From assembly GCF_006345805.1 (NCBI RefSeq), contig NC_043013.1, positions 58,776,001 through 58,840,000 on the forward strand: a DNA stretch of 64,000 bases, in the 5' to 3' direction. Below, in pieces: positions 40,461 to 53,492 of the stretch. The position numbers and the translations under genes are program-made. Origin of the DNA: Octopus sinensis. Taxonomy: Eukaryota. The first letter of the stretch is position 1, and every line of letters starts with the position of its first letter. The notes beneath the pieces are model-generated. The model worked only from the letters and a program-made list of their open reading frames with translations. It was not told the origin of the DNA and ran no database searches.

Positions 40461-42436
40461 AGTGAGTGCATTGCATTTGTAGCAGAAAAAACTGTAAACT
40501 AACAAAGCTCACGACACAATTTGCGATTGCCTTGTCATTTTGATTTCTTATATATGGAGGCGGATGAGCGCGCGCGCCCATACATATAACTATTTTCTGT
40601 ACATCTACTCATTTTAGTAATGGAATTGTGTTCCTACTGGATCACAGACGTAAAGTGTTTTGTCAAACAATCGACACCAGAACTTATTAAGACTGATAAT
40701 TATTCTATTCGCTTATTTATGTGGAAATAAACAAACCAGCACCGCATTCCAAGCGTGGGGGATAAACATAGCCACAAATTCACGTACACATATGTAAGAC
40801 GAGCTTCCGTACACTTTCCGTCTACCAAATTCGTTCATAAGGTTCACAGAAGAAGTCACTTGGCGAAAGAGCTGCGCAGTGGGACTCAACATGAAATCAC
40901 AGGGCTGCAAAGGAGTTTCGTCGTCTCATAACCATGACTGCATACGCGCACACGCACGCGCGTGCACTCACACACACGAATGCACGTGCGCACACAACAT
41001 GTTGATATAAACAATATCAGTTGTTTATATAGTATATATAGTCTTTATATTTGCTAAATTCAACCCTACGTAAATATTTCTCTACTAATCTCGAGAAAAG
41101 ATTAGCATTAGCAGCTTTTTAAGACAAGATACACATCTAACATCATTTACTCTTCTAAAATCACGTGTCGGTTTTGTTTTTTTTTAAATATCCCCCAACA
41201 GGGATTTTATCCCTCATTTTTAGTATAATTTCAATTTCTATATAGCAGAACTTTCAAATTATATACTAGAGAGCTACCATTTATGTTTCATTTGTCACAT
41301 TTCTACCTTTCTACTTAATTACCTATGTGTGTGTGTGTGTGTGTTTCTGAGACTAATACGTATGCATGTATGTCATTGTCTGTCTCTGCGTATGTGTGAG
41401 CAGCATTTACTCGCAACTACGAAGTAAGTGTTGAAAGCAATCAGAATCCGGTGTTGACTCTGGAGAGCTTTCAGTGCAGTCATCACAGTCAAAGGAAAGA
41501 ATTACATAGAAAAAAGTAATAATTTTGAAACCAACGAATTATTTGAGCTGTATCGCTTCTCACTTCATCTCATAAAATACATGTTTGTATCCCTCCTTTC
41601 ATTCTATCTGCACTGAATTTTCAAATAAAATGTAAATTGATTGATTCAAAAGTCCTTAAAGTTTTACGACAAAATGTAAACAACTGTGAACTCACAACTC
41701 GGGCATCGATTGAAAAATATGTTTCTCCGAACTTAGTAGCAATTTGATGTAAAAGAACAGATGATATTTCTTCTCATAAGCTGCGCTTAATTTCCGTTTA
41801 CTTCATGACAACAAATCAGTTCATGAAGCATAAACCACGAAGGATTAGGCTTTATTTTTACGTCAGTAACTTAACAGAAATTTAAGTTTCCATTTTATTT
41901 CTACAATTTCAGTTTCGAATGTTACCTGAGTGTCGGGAGAAATTGTTTCAAACATTATTTAATTGGTAATATTCTTCACGATTATGAATGCCGGTAGATA
42001 TGTGTGTAGGTATGTTAACGTCAGCTCTGATATAGAAAATATAATTTTATACATATTGTTTTTATCTGGTAAAGAAATATAGAGGTAGGATATTAATATA
42101 AAAGCAAATACATTATAGGTGATAGAAAAATCATGCTTGTAAAAAGAAAACCCCCCTACTCACTAACTAAATCCTTAATGTATTTCCACCATTTTAACCG
42201 TTATTATTGCTTGTGTTATGTTTTTCTCCCATTCATTGTCAACCTCGGTGGCGGATAGGCGTATTCCTGCTGAGTTCATGGAATGTTCCTATATTGTTTT
42301 GAAATTAAGCATTTCATCTGATGAATACGGATTTTTGCAATGATATAATATACTCATTCATCTATTAAACATGCGTAAGAAACGGCTGTAATGAATTGGC
42401 AGTTATCCATCTCATTCATCTGTTATTGTTCGTTTG

Positions 42437-42527
<91 letters not shown>

Positions 42528-42534
42528 TATATAG

Positions 42535-42740
42535 TTAATCCAAACAAGAAAACACAAAAAAAAAACACAACAACGCGAGGACGTGGAACAAATAAAGTAT
42601 TATTGGACGCTCAGGAAAGAAGGGAAGAAGGAGGGTTTAACGTTTCGAGCGGAGCTCTTCGTCGGAAACATAGGAGAAGGAAAGATCCCGAGAAGGGAAG
42701 ACAGAGGGAAAAAAATCGCCAGCGGTACTCACGAGGTCAC
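42535..42740 (-). mobile_element. Penelope-type terminal (pLTR-like) short repeat with minimal hammerhead-like motif
   Basis: Minus strand GTTT-CCGACGA-A-GAGC-TCC-GCTC-GAAA-CGT-T-AAAC; flanked by (TA)n. Confidence 0.6.
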
Positions 42741-43503
42741 ATATATATATATATATATATATAATCGTTCTGTCTGTTTGTGCGCTTATAACTTGTGTTG
42801 CTCATTTGATCGCGCTGAAATTTTAAACATCGATACATGAGAGCGGGGCGTTCCGCCATTAAAAGCAACGTGTTTGCTCAGACAGCCGGCACATACCATT
42901 TCGCTAGCAGCATGGGGAGTACAGGATCACAGTCAACCAAAACCGTCGCTATGCAGTCTCTCTTCTTTCCTTTCTCTCTCTCCCTCTCTATCTCTCTCTC
43001 TCTCTCTCTCATGATGTCCGATTCCACTTGAAGTTGTATATATATTGTGTTAAGATTCGTTCCCAATCAATTATCTTTATTGAGAAGAATCTGTCAAAAT
43101 TAACCACCACATTGAATCACCAAACATCTCCATTACCGTCCAAGTTTGGGGTTAATAATCTTTAGTTACAGTTTCTCATTAAAACAACATAATAGGCAGA
43201 ATTGTCGGATTAAGACAGTAGGGTGTTTTGAGGGAGATTTAGCTGCTATTTCTACAATGTCTAGCTACCATGTAGAGGTCTCCCCCATTGGTTCATACAT
43301 ACATATATACATAAAATCGAAATAAAATACTTAAAGAAACAGTCGTCAAATACAAAAGCCAAGGTCCATGCAGTGTCATGGGCCAAAACATTTCCAACTT
43401 CTCGCCTAATGCGAGCCCAGAGCAATATCATATCTCACACTATTTCAGTATTACGTCTCTATTGTAATGTGAGATAATACTTTTAGCTTGCAAGAAGTCT
43501 GTC

Positions 43504-43557
<54 letters not shown>

Positions 43558-43560
<3 letters not shown>

Positions 43561-44105
43561 GTTAGGTCACTTTCGAGTGCTACTGGTAACATGTAACCCA
43601 GTACAACCTGTTGCATGGTCGGGTCGTCGGCGACTAAACCGGCAACCCCACCAAGCTTGCTTGGTGAGGAGGGTGTTTATTGAACACCCTGCGGGATGAA
43701 AAACAAAACCCGTCAAAGGGCGGAGGAGCTCTTGAGAGTCAACGGCCATCCAATAAATGTCTTAAGGCTGTATCATGCGCGGAGACATAGAAATAATCGG
43801 ACTGAATACCCGATCGCGCGGTTAAACCATTGGGAATGAAGGACTCCTAGCCTTTATTAGGGCATCTTTCTCGGAGAAGGTAACTCAGGTAACTGGGATA
43901 ACTCCGACATAAATCTGCGGCTCAGTGGTTACCCAAGATGTTGACTTGTTCTTCTTTTCGGCTGCAGTTGCTTAGTGAGTGGGATTGACTCGGTGCACAG
44001 CCTTTCCTCATTTAAAAAAAAAAATCTTCTTGCACTGGCTTTGCACGATAACAACATATATTAAGCTTCGTGCAATGGCCATACTCGATAACGAGGGGGC
44101 AGTCA

Positions 44106-44108
<3 letters not shown>
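43558..44108 (+). repeat. ~550-bp structured interspersed repeat, copy 3 (full length)
   Basis: High similarity to 31766-32320 (-) and 17809-18215 (+); (TA)n on both sides. Confidence 0.9.
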
Positions 44109-44153
<45 letters not shown>

Positions 44154-44589
44154 CTTATGCATTCCAAAACTGAGTTACAGATTTTGATGTATGGGGTATC
44201 AAAAGATTCAGTACTATTTCGGCTACAAATTAAACTTAATGTCCATTCACATTTGCATTTCAAAAATTTAACATTATAATCTCTTCTATAAATCAACTAT
44301 CGTAAACATTTTATACGGTGACATTACATTTTCTATATGTGCGTACCTTAAAAGACATCAATCATCACGACACACACCTTCACTCAATATATCTCTCGTT
44401 CCACTCTCTTTCCCTCTCACACACGCACGCGTACGCACACGCACGTTTCCATTTCATATATATATATATATATATATCTTTCACGTTATATATATACATA
44501 TATCTTTCACGTTATATATATACATATATCTTTCACGTTCTTTCTGTCATTTTCGCTTTCTCTTCTTTCTATTTCTGCTCCCTTCAAAT

Positions 44590-45530
44590 AAATTTTTACG
44601 GAATGAGCGGGAGAAACACAGAAAAGACATAATCTCTCCAGAAGTAAGTATAAAGCAAGGAGAATCGTAGAAGAGCGAAGGCAAGAGTCTGAAGAGAGAT
44701 GAGATTTTCTCACGATCAGCAAATGCATGTTGCAGCACTTAATGCTGAATCCTTAAATCAATGTTTTAATGATTAGACAGAGGCCCAGTAGAATAACTCT
44801 CAGAAACAGATTACGTACAGTTTCGTTCTTCAAAACTCCTGAAGCTGTTTTCAGATATGATCCTTCCCATTCTTATAAAATGATAACTCTGTCTAAATTG
44901 ACGTACGTGCTAAACACAAATTGTCGTTTCTGTAGAGCTTTAGATTTTTAAAATGAAACAAATGGTATGTGCTGCTCGTGCGGTCAGGTAACATTGCCAG
45001 CACTACCAGCTCCTTCTCAACCTCTTATCGATCTTCTAGAAGGCACTTCCATCCAGTCAAAGGATTTTCTGAACAATATCAGAGAATAAAACTCTGCATT
45101 TCAAATGCCATCGTTTGGTGCATCTAACATGAATTTATGCCGACGTCAAAGTTCAAGGGCACCGCATTGGTTCCCTGTCACCTACAAATGAATAACTACA
45201 GTTCCGCCAAATTTACTTTATGAGTGATGTAGGACAACTAATCCGAAGGCGGTATTAAAATTTCAGATGATGGCAAGTGTTAGACACCGCCTACTGCTGC
45301 AAAACAGAGTATGTCCACTGACAGCTTTTCAGTGCGTTCAAAAATCACAAAACCTCCACCTCCAATTTTCTAGGACAGGTTAGGGTCTGATTAAGTACCA
45401 GTTGTGTACTGGGGTCGATCTAATCGACTGGCCCCCGCCCACAAAATTTCTTGTGTCTAGAGTAGAAAAGAATATATTATATATAAACTATGCCATTTTA
45501 ATTCCGAGCAACGCCGGGTATTTATGCTTT
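44590..45530 (+). mobile_element. Helitron Rep/helicase N-terminal relic with 3'-hairpin-like end; SINE fragment inserted
   Basis: FRYDPS..CRFCRAL..NETNGMCCSCGQVTLPALP..SKDFLNNIRE.NSAFQMPSFGA..KVQG..RIGSL. CCGAGCAACGCCGGG at ~45504-45518. Confidence 0.85.
45383..45475 (+). mobile_element. Same SINE family, 3' half
   Basis: ATTAAGTACCAGTTGTGTACTGGGGTCGATCTAATCGACTGGCCCC. Confidence 0.75.
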
Positions 45531-45567
45531 TATATATGTACACATACGCACACACACACACACACAT

Positions 45568-45630
<63 letters not shown>

Positions 45631-46184
45631 ACATTTCTTTATTAAAGATAATTTAGATTTCCCTATTTGTTCTTTAATTCTTAACAAAGGACAAATGAAG
45701 GAATACTTTCCTAAAGATATTAATTCTGATATTTCTAGATTTACGAAATCTCATTTACACTAGTGTACTAGTGGGGTTTTCGGCAGTAAGTTGTAAAATG
45801 GGAAAATTATTTAACAAAAAAGATTTAAAGGGACCACTCCCATTTGTAATATGTTTGGGGGGGAATGTTGTGCATATATGTGTGTGTGTGTGCATGTGTG
45901 TATTATAGTAGTATACACCGTTATAAGGACAATGCTAAACTTAGTAATGGTAGATAAAGTAGCTAAAGAGTGAACAGATTGTTTATAATTATGAAACAAT
46001 TGACTCATAGTGCCTGAAAATCAGCAGCCTTATATTTTTATAGTCATGATTCACGCTCTCCTTTCTATGTTGTTGTTACACTCGGTTTGTTAATGACTTC
46101 ACTGATCTGGTTTCTTTACTACTGGACTTTTGAAGAAAGCAAAGGGAATAGCATAACGTTGATGGAATCATTCTTCAAACATTT

Positions 46185-46193
46185 CGCTATATA

Positions 46194-46247
<54 letters not shown>

Positions 46248-46432
46248 ATATACATATAATATAATATATATATATATAATATATATGGATGTATATATGC
46301 ATATATATATATACGCATGTATAGATGCATGGATATATGCATATATATGCATTTATATATGCATCTATATACATATGCATATGTATTTATATATGCATAT
46401 ACATATATACATATGCATATGCATTTATATAT

Positions 46433-46480
<48 letters not shown>

Positions 46481-46495
46481 GCATTTATATATGAA
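46185..46495. repeat. Compound (TA)n/(TATATGCA) low-complexity tract
   Basis: Direct inspection. Confidence 0.9.
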
Positions 46496-47188
46496 TATTT
46501 AAGAATTAGCACTTCCTTCTCTAAGCCTAGATTCGAAACCGAATCCAAGAATCCTCGGTCGCCCAAACCACGACAACCAAAGGCGCGAAAAGAAGGCTTG
46601 CTTTGTTCTGACAAAAAGTGATTGATCATCTCCCTTTGACCTGCGACCTCAGCCATGTCGTGCGAAGTTCAACTGGACAACTGCTGACCTACTTAGGCAC
46701 TGTCTCTGCTGCAGTATGTCTGTTTTTCTAGCTGTCACAAATATTATAAATACAAGGGTGAAACAGAGAGGCAGACAATCTCAGCAGAGACGGGAGCAGA
46801 CACATGAGATAGATCTATCTACGACCCAAGTTTTTGGCAGACGACAGAGACAGAGAGAAATGCTTGAAGTGCCGATCGACTACTGTTTCGAATGAAACAC
46901 GCACACACGCACACACACACAAGCATATTCATTTCTAATATGTACTCTATTCAAGCAACTCGTAGCAGTTGCCTACATTTGTATGTAGAGTACGTATAAC
47001 ACTGTAAATAAATCATTTTTAATCATAATCGGTTTATGTATTTGTTTACATACACACATAACCACTACATTTGGTAACCCTGTGAACGAATTGCGGCCTT
47101 CCCCGGAACCAGCTTCATCAACCGCGTCGAAGAATCACAGCTTGCGCATCACCCGGCAACGAAACACCTGAGAATTCCGACGAACACA

Positions 47189-47911
47189 ATGGCCCTCCCG
47201 GAACAGAATCCAGCGGCCAACATAATACCTCCTATCGATATGGCATTCCAAGCTGCGATTTCTTTGAAAATTCCACCGTTCTGGACCCACGACCCTGAAT
47301 TATGGCTTTACCATATAGAGGCACAGTTTTCCTCTCACCGAGTACTGAGCGATGCGTCTCGGATCTCACATGTTATCGGTTCTCTGTCGCCAGAAATCAC
47401 AAAGTCGTCCGCGATCTTATCATGGCACCACCCGGTTCTGTGTCGTACGACACTCTTAAAACCACACTCATAAACAGAACCTCCGAATCTGAACAGAAAC
47501 GACTTTACCAGCTTCTGATATCGGAAGAATTGGATGACAAAACGCCGTCCCAGCTTCTACGTAGAATGAAGCAGCTTCTTGGAGATGAGAGCCTCCCGGA
47601 CAAAATTTTCATGCAGCTTTTTCTCCAGCGTCTGCCCTCCAATACGCAGGTTGTTCTCGCTTCCACTGGAGAGCCCTCCAGCTAAAATACAGACACTCGC
47701 AACCCAAATACAGGCCCTATCGCTTAGTTCCTAGCGTCGAAGCAGCAGCCGATCGCGACGAGATGGTAGACGGTCCCGAAGCCCCAGTGCTACCCGCAAC
47801 TCACATGACACGTGTTGGTACCACCGAACATTCGGAACACGGGCGCAAAAATGTACGATACCGTGCTCGTTTTCCTCACCCAGTTCGGGAAACGGCACAG
47901 CCAGGAATTGA
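47189..47911 (+). pseudogene. gag: Gypsy gag (frameshifted, internally deleted)
   Basis: LKIPPFWTHDPELWLYHIEAQF, then a shift to VVRDLIMAPP..YDTLK..EELDDKTPSQLLRRM..LFLQRLP. C-terminal [18 protein letters not shown], stop at 47909-47911. Confidence 0.9.
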
Positions 47912-49560
47912 ACACGACGGAAGTTCCAGGTTCGCACCCACACAGTCGCCTGTTTTTCGTTTGCGATCGGGTAACAGGCACGCGTTTCCTGGTTGACACC
48001 GGCGCGGAAGTCAGCATCATCTCTGTCTCCAACACTTCTGGAAAAAGAAAAGAGACACCAGTCTGTCTTCACGCAGTCAACCATTCACCCATCCCAACCT
48101 ACGGTGAGCAGTCCCTAACACTGAACTTAGGACTACGCCGCACTTTTCAGTGGGTATTTGTCGTCGCTAAACTGCCGACCCCTATCTTAGGAGCCGATTT
48201 CCTGCATCATTTCGGTCTCCTGGTAGATATTAAGGACAGACGACTTGTCGACAGCACCGCCAAGCTTACTGTGCGCGGTATAGCCGCTCGTATGGCCACA
48301 GTCAGCCCAACTGTATTGCTTACAACAACGACTCGTCACAGTTCCACCCTGAAGGAATATCCGGACGTCGCTCGACCAGTATTCCACAACCAGCCGATCA
48401 AGCACGACGTTATCTACCATATTAAAACCAGCGGTCCACCTGTTACTGCAAGACCCAGAAGGTTACCACCTGATCGTCTCCAGGCCGTCAAGCGGGAATT
48501 CCAGCACATGCTCGACCTCGGAATCCTCCGCCCTTCCAGCAGCAACTGGTCCTCGCCGATACACTGCGTCCCCAAAAAATCATCGACCGATTGGCGTGTT
48601 TGCGGCGATTATCGATCGCTGAATAAAAATACTATTAGTGATGCCTATCTGGTGCCCTATCGTCAAGACTTTTCGAGCTCGCTGCATGGAGCTCGCATCT
48701 TTTCCAAAGTCGACCTTGTGCGAGCATACAACCAAATCCCAGTGGAACCTGCGGACATCTCGAAGACAGCAGTTACTACACTTTTCGGAATGTTTGAATT
48801 CCTGCGTATGCCTTTCGGTTTACGCAACGCGGCACAGACATTCCAAAGGTTTATCGACATGGTGACTAGAGGTTTGCCTTTCGTCTATGCCTACATAGAC
48901 GACATACTCGTGGCCAGTAACTCGGACGAAGAACATAACCAACACCTTCACCTGCTATTCGAACGCCTCCGCAAATACGGTGTTGTTATCAACCCCAGTA
49001 AATGTTTGTTCGGAGTTGCTTCCCTTCATTTTCTTGGGCACATCGTCGATAAGGATGGAATTCATCCCCTTCCCGAGAAAGTCAAGGCCATCGTGGATTT
49101 TCCACCACCCACATCTCTCCGCAAATTTAGGGAATATCTCGGTCTAGCGAATTTCTATCGACGGTTCGTACCCCACCTCGCTGAGATAGCGCAACCGCTC
49201 ACGGATTTGCTACGTCAGCGAACTTGCAAAAATACGGAAATTGCACTGACCGAAGATCAACTCACCTCTTTCGCTGCCCTGAAAAAAGCGTTATCTAACG
49301 CTACCATGTTGGTTTATCCAAAACCAGACGCCCCACGGCGTTTACTCGTTGATGCATCCGATTCCGGAGTTGGAGGTGTACTACAGCAGCTTGTTGACGG
49401 CATATGACAACCGTTGTCCTTCTTTTCTAAGCGGTTAAAACCCGCGGAAACCAAATACAGCATATTCAGTCGGGAATTATTAGCGGCATACCTGGCCGTT
49501 AAGCATTTCCGTCACATGCTAGAAGGTACCAATTTTGCCATATACACCGACCACAAGCAT
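47884..49560 (+). pseudogene. pol: Gypsy pol: aspartic protease, RT, RNase H; nonsense codon at 49405-49407; truncated after YTDHK
   Basis: [10 protein letters not shown] (protease); [25 protein letters not shown] and YIDD at 48892-48903 (RT); [12 protein letters not shown]...YTDHK (RNase H). Open frame 47812-49407. Confidence 0.95.
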
Positions 49561-49564
49561 TTCA

Positions 49565-51689
49565 TACCAAGCCGGAGCGCCACTCGCCGATCAGGTCAAT
49601 GTGCCTGTGGCTCGACACCATCATGGTGACGTCGTCGGCATAGGCAGACACGCTGTTTCCACCTCCTAGATCGCGCGGGATACCCCTCAAAGCCTCCAAC
49701 TTGCGCAGTAATGACTCAAGAGTCAATACGTACAAGAGGGAGGAGAGAGGGCATCATTGGCGGACCGAACGCGAGATGTCAAACGGCTCTGAAAAGTGAC
49801 CGTTCACCCGTATCACCGAGCAGATGTTGCTGTATAAAGCAACGATCCACCCGCGGAAGACTGGACCGAAGCCGGCTGCCTTGAGAACAGCTGCTAGGTA
49901 TCGATGGTCGACCCCTATCGAAGGCTTTACTCTGATCTAAATTGATCAAAGCCCCACCCGCGCTAGCGTCGTTACCCACCCTCTCAATGATGTAGCGCGT
50001 GAGATGGAGATTATCGTGTATCGGCCTGGTTAGCACGGCGCATGTCTGCGCATTGCCAGTCAGCTTGTCCACGACAAGCGCCAATCTCTTGACTAACACC
50101 TTGGCCAAAATCTTCAAATCTGCATTGAGCAAAGTGATGGGCTGAAAGTTCCCTATAATGTCCCCCTTGTTTGGGTCATTTCTCAGCAAAGCCACCATTC
50201 ATCGACAAACAAAAGCAGGAATTCTCCCGTTTTGCTGCCAGTTGCAGTAGACGTTTGCCAAGAGGCCCGCAAACAAGTCTGTCATTGAAGTGTAACGCTC
50301 GTAGGGCAGACCATCCAAACGCGGCGATCTACCTCTCGTGCAGCTTTTCATCGCTTCCTCCACTTCCCAGGCAGATATCGGCCTTTTGCAGCACTCTGCC
50401 TCGCTGTCCCAGTGTTGCGGTAGGCCGTCCAGGTACACACCGAAGTCTGTACCGTTGTCCGTCCCACCGTTCGTCCCAAACAGTTGAGCAAAGTGCCGCT
50501 GAAACACCGCACACATCTGCTTGGGTTCGGAAACCTCGCGCCCGTCCTGGTCCACCAAAGACCGAATGGTCGCTTTGTTGTCACGCTTCGCCTCCGCCAC
50601 GCGGGCCCACCGAGCGGCCTTAGTCCCCTCCCCGCTTAGCGAACGCGCCTTAGCTCTGACAACGCAGACTTCGTGTTTTGCGTCAAAGTGTTGGTCGAGG
50701 GCCAACCTAGCCGCCAACACGTCGGTTGCGATGCCTGTCTCAAGAACCTCGTCTAGTTTTCCAACTAAATCCCGCTCTGTTTTTCTACGTTCTACAGCTA
50801 GAGCCTAATCGACTCTGCTTTAATGGCTCTCTTGAGGGCAAACCACCAGTTGTTGTTGATGATTGCCCCCGTGAGCGCCCGTTTAACTAATAAACTAATC
50901 CGGTCTCTTTAGGCTTTGCACGCCGTTAACGACGCGTTCAGCTTCCAGTAGCCGGGTCCCTGACTATGTAGCCTATCTAAGTCGACCGTACAGATCACGA
51001 ATTTGTGGTCCGTGTAGTCGACTAGGTGGAAATGTGGACACCCTATGCTGTCCTTATCCGCTGGCCTACAGAATACTCTATTTAAGTAAGATCTAGACGA
51101 CCCGATGCGATTAGTCCAAGTCCACATTGGCACATTCGGGTTGTCTAGTTGACACCTGTCGGACAGCTAAAGCGCCCGAGCAGGTTGGCGAGGCTCTTGC
51201 ACCCCCTCTCCTATCAGAAGCTCCCGTACCCACCCGATCGAAACGTTCGTCTAAGACAGCGTTCCAATCCCCAACTAGCACTAGAGTGCGTGTCGTTCCG
51301 AAGAAACTTCCAGACGCTTGAAATAATCGGACTGCCCTGCTCCTGTCGGAGCGTAGGCAGCCAGCTGTCTGAAAGCACCGCCATCACTACTGTCTACGTT
51401 GAGGACCACTAACTTACCTTCTGGATCCAGGAAGACTGTCCTTATTTTCAAATCCTGGCCCTTCCGAAACAGCACCGCAGTACCACCACCGCCCGCTCCC
51501 GGCCGACACGGAGATAGAAAAATCTCGTATCCGCCGAAAAGGGCCACGAGTTCCTGCGGGTCGGAGAGCCTGGTTTCATTAATGGCTACTACATCCACGC
51601 TGTGAGACCTCAGGTCGTTTAACAGGTGGCCCTGTTTCCAAGGTGACCCGCGGCCTCACATTTAAGCAACCTATTCTGAGTTTAGCCAT
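49565..51689 (-). pseudogene. Tx1/L1 ORF2 (AP endonuclease + RT), disrupted
   Basis: Starts MAKLRIGCLNV at 51689; DVVAINETRL, GYWKLN, NFQPITLLNADLKILAKVL, INLDQSKAFDR and SAYADD (YADD at 49631-49642). Confidence 0.92.
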
Positions 51690-51829
51690 GTTTTTTTAAA
51701 AGGTCAAAAGGATAAAAAGGCTCTACTTACTGTTGTTTGGTGGGGTGACTCCCTTGTGCTTTTGCACGGGTGTTTCCACCAAGTTTTTATATAGTTTTGG
51801 GGAGAAATTTCTCCCTGGCGACCCGACAT

Positions 51830-52440
51830 CGTTAGGGAATTTCGCCTTCGCCCTTCTTTGGCCTTCGCCCCTCTACAGCAAGGTGTAATCTGGTGCCGTC
51901 CGGCAAATTTACAGAATCTGGAATCGTATTTATATTTTCTTGCTGAATCTGTGCCAGGAGCTACACTCCCATTCCTGACCAGTTTTTCTCCCTTAATCTC
52001 CATACATCCAGAATAGTGGTAGTGTCCTCTATGTCATAGAGGACAGCTGCCACCAGCCAAGATAAATCCAGCTCAGGCGGCACCTGGTCAATTTTAATTT
52101 TCGTTACTCGCCGACCAAGGTAAGTCGGCACGAGTAACAAATTATCTGTTTGTAATGTTTGGATGGCATGCTTTTTTGCTTCTTCCTCTTTTGGGAAGCG
52201 AACTTCTACAGTTCCAAACCGCTTTCCCTTAGTTACATAGCTCTTTTGGCTCCATATGGGCTTTAGAGCTATTTCGAGTTGTGGTGCGGCATTGTGTAAT
52301 TTCTTGTATTTTCTTTCGAAAATTTTATAAATGATTGTTTTCTTGTTAGTTTCATTTATTAGTGTTTGTGGAGTATTGAGGAAAATGCTATTGCCTTCTT
52401 TCCTCAATAACACCTTTGCACTTTTTATGTCTTCTATTGT
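51830..52440 (-). pseudogene. Tx1/L1 ORF1 (RRM-like), 5'-truncated
   Basis: TVEVRFPKEEEAKKH..LLLVPTYLGRR..VPPELDLSWLVAA. Lies directly upstream of ORF2 and is homologous to 38658-39107. Confidence 0.75.
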
Positions 52441-53455
52441 AATAGGGAATAAATTATTATTCCAACCTTACAGATAAAATTCAGTATTAGACCGAATTTC
52501 GTAATATATAATATATAATATATGTATATAACTAAGTTAGAGACGAACCACCATTCCACAACTCAGTCAATGAAGAACCCGTCCAAAACCATGCTGTGAG
52601 ACATATACCATACAAAATACTAATCTAAAATTTTAATAATATATAATATTGAATAGTAAAATTATTACAATCATATAATATACAATTATACTTTTTAAAA
52701 TACTTTTAAAATCACAACGAATATCATACAAAGAAACATTCATCATAAAAATATTAATCTAAAATCAAATAAAATATAAATTGAACAATAAAAATTAATA
52801 CAGTAATAAATGTATAAAACTACGCGCGTTTCTTGGCTGAATTAGGACTATATAAAATCATATAAGAAAACCATATCCAAGTTCTTTAGAGCTGAAAAAT
52901 GATTTAGAAATTAATGTGACAAATAATAAATCGTATTTCTACAAAATTCAAACAATTGTGTGAGTAACTTTATTCTTCAGTTCAAGCTTAATCTCTTGTC
53001 TTAATCCGACTATCCTTAGATCTACATGTTTCCTAATAATCAAAATTATCTTCTTTATAATTTTTTTCCTCACTTTGAAAAATTTTTGAAAACTGAAATA
53101 TATAGACATTTTGCCTTTATAATGAATTATGACAAATCCTGTATATGAAACTAAAATTTGTTCCACATAAACAACACTATTTTCATTCTTGACATTTTTT
53201 TAAATATAATCTCCGACGACAACTTTGCATTCATTAAAAACTATTATTTCTTTTTAACTTACCTTGGTATAATAACGTTACTTATATAATAACGTTGTCA
53301 GTTACTTAGTAACTGCTGGAAATAGTCGACATGATTGAAACCAAACGTTAAAGCGCATAAAACAAAATACGTCCATGTTTTATTATTACCTGTCATACGC
53401 ACAACTAATTAAACTGTTGGAAAAGTTGATATTGCTGTTGCTAGTAGTAGTAGTG

Positions 53456-53492
<37 letters not shown>

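Larger units (their letters stand above)
46656..49560 (+). mobile_element. 3'-truncated Gypsy/Ty3 LTR retrotransposon (5' LTR, gag, PR, RT, RNase H; integrase and 3' LTR missing)
   Basis: Putative LTR ends ...ACCACTACA at 47069; its start is uncertain (~46510-46656). A PBS-like TGGTAACCCTG follows at 47072, then gag and pol motifs. Confidence 0.92.
49565..52440 (-). mobile_element. Tx1/L1-like LINE (ORF1 + ORF2), lacking its 3' end
   Basis: ORF1-like frame 51961-52413 followed by ORF2 with APE endonuclease and RT, broken by frameshifts and stops. Confidence 0.9.

Noticed and set aside
41925-42030. Minus-strand AG...GT segment resembling an exon
   Set aside because: All three frames contain stops; no supporting neighbours. 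Similar candidates at ~17370-17385 and ~55318-55376 were dropped as too short or stop-containing.
52500-53170. Very AT-rich skewed block upstream of the LINE ORF1
   Set aside because: Possibly a decayed LINE 3' end, but no diagnostic motif could be read, so it was not annotated.
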